From: Balanoglossus misakiensis
Taxonomy: Eukaryota; Animalia; Hemichordata
Direction: 5' to 3'
Assembly (NCBI GenBank): GCA_040954595.2
Contig: CM082581.2
Span: forward strand, 14,499,350 to 14,563,349
DNA: 64,000 nucleotides
Shown here: one piece after another, positions 29,701-40,600 of the stretch
Numbering within the stretch: position 1 is the first letter of the stretch
Layout: every line of letters starts with the position of its first letter
Notes under the pieces: model-generated
Seen by the model: only the letters and a program-made list of their open reading frames with translations
What the model was told of the DNA's origin: nothing
Databases searched by the model: none
Program-made: the position numbers and the translations under genes

Positions 29701-32700
29701 TCTGGTGTACATGCCGAGTGTTTCTAAATATATTTAATGTAGAATATTTTTTGTCTTTTGCTAGGATGACGATGATGGTTTACAGCCAGCACTGCGATAT
29801 GACGAGGTCAAAAAAGAGGTGAACACGTGGACACACACTCAGAAAGTGCACCAGATTTTGATGAAAGCTCCTTACTCTTTGACTGGTTACAGAGTGCAAG
29901 TATACAGACTAGACTCGCGGACACAGTGGTTTTCAGCTGTAATTACAGGGCATGATCTGTTAACAAGGGTAAGTTGAGTGAAATGGACCCATTTATTTTT
30001 CTGTCCTGACCTTAAACCGTGCCTTAACTGTGTTGTAAACATTGCCCTGTCACTAACCTTTGTATGAAATGTTAGGATGAACCACAGTGTTAGCTAGGAC
30101 AGGTGGGAATAACCTCAGACTTCCGCGTTTCAGTTTGATTGTATCACTCAACAATTGCATCATTGCCTACCGGATGTTTGGTTGGCTAGGAAGGTTTCAG
30201 ACATTTGTAGTGCATTAACCCCAGGTTGCCCGGTCTCATCCATGTATGAAGACCACTCCTACCTCAGATTTTAACCTGAATTGGCGCTTGCCGAATTCAA
30301 TTGACTTCAATCCCTGTTTTACAAAAAATTACAGGTACATGTACATGCTTTTTCAGAGGAGTGGAGTGGAGTGGAGTTTTATAGGTAGATTACAGTTAAC
30401 CAGACTAAATCTAATGAATATAAAAGCCGCCAATATGGCCATCTCCAGGTCATCATTTCCATGGCTTAGAGACTGCTCTATTCCATCAGGGATTTTTTTC
30501 ATCAGACGCAACATGAATTCCAAGTAGAATTCATTGAGGGGTCACACCTCATCTGGTAGTCCAATCATGTCAGTGAATACATTAGCATGACATTGATAAA
30601 TCTGGGACACTATCGCAGAACATATACAAACGAATGATACGAGGCAGCCAATTTTTAAGAGCGCGGAAATATTTCTTCGTTAATATGCAGCATTTCTGAC
30701 GAGTGTGACATAATAGAATTGATTGTGCTTTATGGACAGCATTTCAAAATAAAAGGCCTTGTACAGTAGCTGTACTGAAATGCACTTTGTAAAAAGAAAT
30801 TCTTTGTAATCACAGTCTTTTCATTGGTCCTCCGTTGATAAGTAATAGGTTTGGTCAGATTCTGAGTCCTGCTGTTACTCAGTAGGGTAAATAGATCATT
30901 AATGTTGGAGGACCATTCATTCCAACACAATTATCACAACCACTGGGGGCAGACGGTTACGCAGGATTCAAGCCAGCATTTAATTGGATGTTTTGTATTC
31001 ACATCACGTAGCTCGTATACTCTTGGATAATCAAAAGCTGATATAACGTGATAGAGTGGCCAGAGGCTGTGCTTCCATAAACTCCCTGTTTCATATCGTT
31101 TCATCCAACCAGCATATTCTACTGTGGACCCATTGTGTACACAGTGTGTATTAATCCCCAATTCCATCAGGCAGTGAGATCAAATTTGTCTGATGCGTGG
31201 CCATCGCAAAGTATTTGCGTAGAGCAACGGCTGTGTGTGTGTGTGCGCTAACCACGCTTGAAACAGGCGGGAGGTGTCAGCTTTGCATGTGTTTTCTTTA
31301 CCCTGTTTACCCTGATACCTGCTAAGCTGGGGGGATTTCATACACCACTGCATCCTTTGTCCGGGCAAATAGTCCGCTATTGTGTTGTTGTGTACGAGAG
31401 GTCAGTGTGAGGCCGTTGTCTGCTAGGCATGTCAGCAGTGTGCATTGCAGGGCCTGTGAGTGTGACTGTCCCACCCTACTGTACTTTGTACTGAGTATTT
31501 TGAACCCTGACACAGTTTGATGCCTCCTCGTGTAAGTTGCACAACAACAATTTTCACTCAGGTGTTAACACATATGAAAGGAAAGATTTCAGACAACTAA
31601 TTCTTCTGGAAATCTTTTCCAGTGATATTACACTGGTGACTGTCAATAAATTACACCTCACTCTGAACCTTTTCAGCCCCATTTCCCTCTGTACCATAGG
31701 AAACAAACTATGGTGATTAAAGGACTTGCTTAAAGTCTATATCTAATTCAAGCATTCATTTTGATGAAGTTTTATCATTGTATCTTGTTAGGATCTTCAG
31801 GTTATGGATGACACAGTACTAGAAAGCCATTCAGAAAATCCAGCACATGTCCAAATGATGTTTCTAGATGATGGTGAGTTACCTTAACCCGTGAGGTACA
31901 TTCCTAAAGCTGTCTTTGTGAGAAAGATAGCATACATTTTGAAGCCATGTCTGCTCTGTGTGATGCAGTGAAAATTACAATTGAAGACGCTCACTTATCA
32001 GAATACAAATGGTTTGCTAAGCACAGTGGAGAAACAAAAGACTGCTTCTCATCAGTAGTTGACAATGCTGCGCTCTATATGAGAATAGATTAAGATTTAA
32101 CAAGGCCTCCTTCTAATTCACCTGACCTTTGAAAATTGAGTGCTTTCAGGATTTGATATCCTGTAATGTAAGTGATGTTACGGCCAAAAAAGCGACATTC
32201 TGATTGCCCCCAAAGAATGATGAATGGATGACGTCCATATTGTGTTTCACCAATAAAATCGGTTGCTGTGATAATGTAGGTTAGGTTCACTTCACTGCAC
32301 GGTGTGACCTTGCCACGTTACTGCAGGCAAATTCCATAAAACAGACCAAGTGTTACCGTCTATCTGCTGTCTGTCCAAGCAATCACTGGTGAAATCCAAC
32401 AACAGTGCTGTTGGATTTTATTTTTGTGCAGTGTTTTGATTAATGAAATTGTCTTTGCCTTTTCTGTAGTCGTCAGTTCCCTGTTGAAAGGTGAAAACGT
32501 GGGCATCACTTCAAGAAGGCGGGCCTGCCAAGCAACGTCATCAAACTCACAGATGGTGTCATCTGTAAGTACTCACTTTGTGTAAATATTAAATAACATC
32601 ACATCAAATTTGAGTGTTTGTACTGTCTCTGTTTGCTGTGAATGAGCTGAACACCTGATGCACTGTTTATACACAAACTCTACATTCAGGATGGATATTG

Positions 32701-34175
32701 TTTTGTGGTAGCTTCATTCAGACATCTTTTTGAAGTTGAATGTATTTGCAGTAGTCTATCGTTTGTGACCACAATCCAGGCATGCCAGTAATGCACCATA
32801 TTACATTCAAAAAGGCATAATTATTAGCCAGAAAATTAAACAGATCAATCATCTCTAATATGCAAGTAGTGTTTAAAAAGGAACACCATGTAAGAATCTC
32901 TTGTTGCTTGGTTACTAGGCTCACAGAACCTCAAGTCGCCAACAGAATCAAATTCATAGCGCAAACCAAGCCTCAACGTCAACTTCAAGTCGGAGCAAAA
33001 AGAAGAACAGGCATTCTGAGATGAAGAATTCATCAAATCAGGATTCAGAGAAAGAAAAAGAGAAGGAAAAAGAAAAGGGGAAAACAGGTGGGTGTCAGTC
33101 CATGTGTTGTCGGCATTACTGGAAGATTTTAAATAGTATGTGATTGATGGTTGTGTTCTGTAGGCGTTACTCCATGAAGCATAACGTCTGGCAGAAATAC
33201 CAGTCATTAGTGTCAATATTTTCACGTGCAGTGACGTCAACACGGTTCAGTCAGATATTCATTGAAGGAAGGCAGACACCATTAAGCATACTACTTATTG
33301 ACTATTTTAACACATAATCGAAAATCCTGAGTGCTTCCATTCTGTCATTCTGACTGGTTTTTAGATCATGTGTACTTTGGGGGATGTTAATAACCAATGT
33401 AAGAGTTATTGATTCTTTGAAATACTCAGCAGCTGATTTTTATTTTGCTTATTTTTTTATCGTGTCAACAGAGAAAGAGGGCACCTCAAGGAGTCGAACA
33501 AAAAAGGAGAGAAAGAGAAAATCAAATGAGACGACGAGTGAGAGCAGCAAGACAGAGGTGCAATCATCTGTGAAAAAGCGGAAAAGTGAAAGCCACACAC
33601 AGTCACCTGTGCCAGATCCACCAGTTACAGCAGAACCCTCACCACCACCTGTGAAACCACCGGACTCTGAACCGAACAATGGCCCTACTAAGGCAAGCAG
33701 CTCCAAAGCCGACGGTCAGAAGTCTCTGGACAAAACCGTCCAGCACAAAAAGTTTCGAATTAAAAGTCTTGAACCCAAGGCGCATTCCAAGGAGAGGTCT
33801 ACGGCGACTGAAAGTGTGTTGAAACCCGCCGTTACCTCTGCCGTGTCCGCAGAGCCGGAACCGTTGAAACCGGTAGAAAGTGTGAAAGTGCAGGACTCCA
33901 CGGTTGAGAAAAAGCACAGGCACAGGCACAAAACGAAGGACAAGGACAAGCTGTCAGCCGAAACCACCAAAGAGCAGGAAAAGAGCAAGAGCAAAACGCC
34001 GAAGGAGTCCAAGCGACGCTCTCAGAACAGCAAAAGGACTAATGTTGAGAAATCAAAAGTGAAAAAGGAAAACACTAGCAGTACTCTGGCAGAGCCAATG
34101 CTTCTACATAAACCCCGTCCATCTTCCCCTGTTGTGAACCAGCACCAGCTGACAGAACAGCAGGAGCAAGTGCAA

Positions 34176-34208
<33 letters not shown>

Positions 34209-34544
34209 ATACAACAACAACAACAGCAGCACCAACAACAACAGCACCAACAATCACAACCGAAAAATCAACACAAACAAAAACAAAAACATCGGCGTCA
34301 AGGAAAGGAATACATCAGTGATAGAGACTCTAACCACGATGAAAATATTGTGATAATTAAACGAGAAAGAAACATTCATGCTTCTGCGAGTAGTGATTTC
34401 GAAACAGAAACAGCAACAACAACTGCGACAATGACAACGGCAGGAGCAGTACAAGTGACTGAAGTGAGTCAGAAATCTAGTACTGTGACACCTAAGAAGG
34501 AAGAAGACCCCATTGAACAAACCCAGGCCCAACAACAACAACAA

Positions 34545-34581
<37 letters not shown>

Positions 34582-34610
34582 TGCAACAACAACAACAACA
34601 GCAGCAGCAA

Positions 34611-34651
<41 letters not shown>

Positions 34652-37600
34652 GCATCACCATCACCAGTCTTTACAGATCAAAGAACGACCAATGCATCCT
34701 CAACAATTACAGCAGTATCAACTGCAACAACAACACCTTCAACAGCAACAGCAGCTCTTGCACCAGGAGAAACAGCGGCAGCAGCAACATCAGCAGCAGG
34801 AACAAGCTGCAGAACAGCAGTCCGCGTTGCAGTTGCCTCCAGTGCAGCCAACCCTCCACGAAAGACCACCCTCAAATGAAAGTTCCAAGTCTGAAAGCAC
34901 CAAGTCGCAGAACTCACTGATAGTGGACACGGGTGAACCGGTCAAAGTTTACAGAGATCCGAATTTATCGGACAGTGAGGTGACCAAAGTTGCTTCAGTG
35001 CAGCATCAGCATGTTCACGGAGCTGCGCATGCTTCTCACTCGCGAGCCCGTGCTCCGCAGGCGCTGACACCCTCTCCAACAGTGCCCGTGTCAAGTCACT
35101 CTCAGTTACGTCCAGGTTCAGCTCACAGCACCCTGAGTTCATCGTCCGGAAGTGCATTTGGACCATCACCAATGAGACCACTCACACCACACCCAACAAT
35201 ACGACACCCAACAGCAGCTGTGTATTCCCGCATACCATTCCTCCAGTACCAAGGTGTCGGGCTTGGGCCTGCGTACGCGCGCTACCCAATCTCTGCAATG
35301 GACCCGCTCCGTGCAGGCATGATCACCCAACAGGAAATGATGGCACACCAGTACGGCTTTCCTGCTCAGTTTCTCGGAGCCCAGAGCATCGTCTCCCTGC
35401 AGGGATTCCACCCAGGTATGTCAGCAGCTGAACTACAATCGCTGTGGAAAACACACTACCCTCAGAGACCCTTTCCACAGCATCAAGACGAGCGTGACTG
35501 GGAACACGTCCGCAGGGAGGTGGGCTTCCAGCAAAGCCACGATGCTCAGGCGGCCGTGCAGAGACACTTTCAGGAATCACTCAGGAACTATCCAACCACT
35601 AGTCACGCACTGGGTGGTCTAGCAGCTGCAGCAGGTGGTTCAATATCAGTACCATCAACTACATCATCTGCGGAGAGTCAACAGAGAGACCTAGCACAGA
35701 AAGTAAGTCAATTCTCCACTGTACTTTCAATAAGGTTGACTAGATGTGTGAAAAAAAGTGCCTGCCTGCATCTGGCCTGTGACCAATTACTTATCCCAAG
35801 TATTTTGTAAATTATTTACCCAGCTTGATTGTTAGATACATGTATTACCTTGAACCTTATTAATAGCAGCCATTCAGATGTGCTTGTGTGCATGCTTAGA
35901 CACTTCGACTTAGATAACCCCTTTAACCCTATATGGCCATATGAAAATAAGAGGTGGTTGTAAATCTGTTAACATTTGTGTTTTTCACAGGAGAAAGAGA
36001 TGATGCAGAAAGAACAGGAACTTAGAGAAAAGGAGGAGAAGGCACGGCGGGAAAGAGAAGAAAAGGAGAGGGAATGGCAGAGGATACAAGACGAAAAAGC
36101 CAGGAAAGAGAGAGATCTCCAGCAACAGCAAAGAATAGAAAGAGAAAGAGAGTATCTCAGACAGCAGCAGCATCAACAGCAACATCAACATCAACATCAA
36201 CGAAATCAGGTTGGTTCTTATGCTGGCTCTTGTTATGTTGCAGCTATAGATATAACCATTGAAACGTTACCACCTGCTGAGATATGAATCGTCAGACACA
36301 GATGTTAATACAGTTTAATCGTCTCACTGAATTGTTATGTATGCTTTCTGTTTGGTTCTCAGCAGGATAAAGGTGGTGTTCAACCAATGGATGCCTTGCA
36401 GGTCAGCCACCACGAACTGCTCTTCAAACAGCAGATGGAACAGAGGGAGTTGAAACGCAGACAGGAAGAAATCCTACGGCAGAAGGACCTAGAAGCCCAG
36501 GAAAGGATACGCAGGCTTGAGCATGAGAAGAAGTTCATACAGGAACAGAAGCTTCGAGCTGAGCAGGGCGGTGGCAATGGGAAACACCCGGAAGTTGCGC
36601 ATCATGAACAGGTGCCAAGGAAGAATGAGTTCTCCCACAGACACTCACCGGGAGTTCACAGAACCGAAATTTCCGCCACCACCACAACTGTTCAGGGCTA
36701 CCAGGGAATACAAGTCAAGCAAGAGCCGGGTCTCGCACATGCTGCAGGTCGCACCACCAGTTGTACTTCTGCACATAATGACATTACTGCCAAAAGTGGA
36801 AGCTATAAAGTCAAAGCTGAGCACCCGGTGGGCTATCAGCCGTTTCGACACACCATCATGAGCCCCCTTGATAGGGTTATCGAGAAAGCATACAATGATT
36901 CAGAGAGGAAAGCCATCAACACAAACCATGCGCATACGCAACCACCACATTCCCCCCGAGGTCACTCCACGACACCACCCTCGTTCATGAAGCCATCCAA
37001 ACGACAAGTCATTCCCACACCACCCCCTCTCATCAAACACAATCCCGGTCAGTATCCGGAGGGGTATGCTGAGAAAGGTAAACAGCCATCGAACGTGGCC
37101 CACACCAGTGTGATACAAGGCAAGGAACGGTATCATGACCAGAAACCCAATTTGGTCGAGCATCAGATGCAGCCTATGGACTTAACGCCCCACTCCACCG
37201 CAGCAATGGCTGCAGCCAACAACTACCCTGCATCGCCAAGACAGCAAAAACACCACAGCCCACAGGAAAAACTTAAAGAGTACAATCAGACGAAAGCTTC
37301 AAATGACAGCAAGCAGGGAGTTCCAGTCATAGTGCATACATCAATCGGACAGCCTCCTCCACTTCAAAGCAATCCAAAGTACAGCAGGACCGGGTCACCG
37401 ACCGCTGCTACAAAACCAATCGAACAATCTGGCAAGCCTGGTAGGAGGCCTCAATCCCCTCTCCATGTAGCCTCACCTCAGCAGCTGTCGCAGGCTGTCT
37501 TACAACCCATGGAGTTACAGAAGGCTGCAGAAGGCAAGGGAGAAGCAGAAAAGAAAGGCGGGATCAGCAGCATGGCAGCAGTGACACACACCAACAAGGC

Positions 37601-40600
37601 ACCTCCCAGCACAGCGGCAAACTACAGTTCCAACCCTGTGACAGCCATGCAGTCCATGGTGTACAACACCACGCAACCACCTCACATGCCACCGTCGTCC
37701 CAACACAGTCTATTGATGTCTGCGTTGAGATCTCCGAACCACAGCGAACCGCTGACCATCGACACAAACCTCAACAACAATCCGTCCTCGGTGGCCAAGA
37801 GGAAGTCAGCTGAGTTTGCAGCTGGCGGCAAGAAGATGAGGCTGGGTATCCCAGAGCGACAAGCCACGTCAACCTCAGCCGCAGAAAAATCGCCAGCAGA
37901 GAAGAAGAGCCCTGGTTCCAGTTACATTGAAAGCTTTCGAGCGTTTGTCTCCGACAGCAGAAACAGCCAGATAACTGGTGGACCAAGCGGGGAGTATTTG
38001 GCAACAGATCTAAGGACAAGCACAAGCCCAGGTGCCAGCAAGAAACCTAAAGTTCACGGCAAGGACCAAAACGACAAACCACTAAATTTACATCACTCTG
38101 CACCAGCTACCGTGCTAGGCGCCCACGCCCACTCACTCAAAGCAGAGCCCATCCACCAGAAAATAGCAAATGGGTCGCTATCTGACAGCAGTGACTGTAG
38201 CATTAAATCGTCCTCTAGTGCAAAATACTCTGACATTACAGCGTCACCGAGCAAATCTGGATCGCATGTTAATCTTAAAAAGGCATGGTTGCAAAGGCAC
38301 ACTGAAAACGACTCAAAGAATGGGTCACCATCGCATAGTAACTGCAGCACAGACAGCAAGCACTTTTCCGATGGCAGCACAAGCCCCGCTAGGTCAGGGA
38401 GCGCCAGAAACGGCAAAACAAGCAGCAAAGTGGACCTCAATTCAGTTATAAAAGACTGCTACGTAGACTGTTCGAAAAATTCCCCCATTAAGAGTTCCCA
38501 AGCTAAACTATCTGCCAATAAAACAGCGAAACACAAAGCAACACTGCCAAATGGGGACTTAGCAAAGTCTGAGAACACTAACAATGCCAACATTGCGTTA
38601 GAAATTGAAGCCGGCAAAAGCACTGCAGAGCCGCATGTATCAAACACCGCATCTGCTTCTAGCATGGACACATCATCATCCGCTGCTTTCCCAAAGAAGA
38701 GGAAAAGGAAAGACAAAGCCAACAACGTTGATGACAGCGAAGATTCCAAGAGTGGGAAAGCCAGTCGAGGCTCGGGAAAAAAATCAAAGAAATCAGAAGA
38801 CGATGACAGATCACATGACAATGGCGAAGAGAAGAAAACTGGAAGAGTGAAGAAGGAAAAAACTCCTAAATGTGAGCAAGACCCAGAAAAGATTAACGAG
38901 GTACGTCAGATGATTAACAAATGTCAGTGTTAACATGGTCAGATGGTCTGTGTTAAAGATTATAATTGCACTTTAAGCTAGCCTAAGGAGAAAGCTATTA
39001 TTCCAGACATAACATGAATCAAAACAAAATTTAATCTTTTCCTGTTTGAGTTTGCATGACACAAGTTAATTTCTGAAAAAGTAAATTAAAATTGGTAAAG
39101 GTTTTGGGATGTGAAAAATGTATAAAACTTGTGCAACATAGTAAACATACAATATTTATAATGACTGATTCCTACTTTCACAGAATCAAAATGTAGTGGC
39201 ACCAAAGAAGAGAATACAGACCAGAGCAAAGGCTGAAAGCAAAGGTAAGATCATAGATTATGTCATCTAAAAAAATCAAGTCATTACATCAGAACTTATG
39301 TGTGTGATATGAGCACTCTCAATTTAAAAGCTATATCAGCATTTTACTCGTGAATATGTAATAATGAGCTGGACACAACTCTCTGTACTGGAGATTCTTT
39401 ATGTCACATAGAGTCATTGCATTGTGAGTAAGATGTGTCTTGAGTAAAAAGAAATGTAGCCTGATTGATAACATATGGTGAAGACAACAGCAATGAGTTG
39501 CCATGGTATTTCAGGTTGTGGAACATTGTCCAGAATACTAGTATTAGAGATCTAATGTGTCTGTCTGTGAACCTAATCATAGGGTGTCGCCATGCAGGTC
39601 TCAATATGACCAAGGCCCTGGCCAAGCCGTCAATCGCCAAACTGAAGAGGACGGGAGAGTCGTTCTTGCAGAATGGACCCTGTGTTGAAGTAGCTGCCAA
39701 TTTGGTCAAGTGTAGGGAGTGTCGAATACGGCCCACGGCCAGAACTGCCAAACTTAATATCTTCTGCAGGTTCTATGCCTTCAGGAGGTAAGTTGACTTG
39801 TCTGTGGATAATGTTCTTATTGGATAAAGTTACCGTAGTCAAAAAAAAAGAGTTTTTTTTTCTTTTATGAATACCAGAAATTACTTTTTTACATTTCGAG
39901 AAGGACAGGGGAGGATTATACAGTAACAGACCTTCAAGCTAAGCTTAAACTGTTTGGAAATTTGACATTTAGAAAATTGTGTCCACAAGTGAAGATTACT
40001 CATCATCAGTGTGCACTGAAAATTGGATGCCGAGAGATTAATAGGGAAGTTGATTGCCTAGGATGTTTTGCATTGAAAAGTACACTTCCCTCGGGTACAT
40101 CATCTCCATTTCTGATGCAGTCTTCTTGTCAGACACTTTTCTGCCTGCAGCGTTTACTTGAAATTAAATTGATGTCCCTCAAATGTCAACTCATTTTCTG
40201 TTTGCAAATCAGGTTGAAGTATGGAAAGAACGGGACACTGATGGTTGCCGGTTTCTCGGATCCGCAAGACTGCGACAAAGACGACATGGAGCCCTGGCTT
40301 CCCCAACCAGACATTGACAAGAAACTGGAGCTGGACGTCTCGCAGTACATCCTTGCCAAGGTCGGCGATCACTTCTGCGAGCTCGTCAAACAGGAGAGGG
40401 AGGCACAGAGTTGGACCATCAAGGATACCAAAGTGGCGTGGAAGAGGGCCGTGGCTGGAGTTCGTGAGATGTGTGATGTGTGCGACACCACATTGTTTAA
40501 CATCCACTGGGTTTGTGAGAAGTGCGGCTTTGTTGTGTGTCTGGATTGTTACAACTTCAAGAAGAGTGAACCCAAGAGGGGTAAGTGTCCACGGATAGAG

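Noticed and set aside
34075-34920. PolyLeu, polyVal/Ala and polyAsn/Ser ORFs
   Set aside because: Antisense and shifted-frame shadows of the CAA/CAG polyQ repeat.
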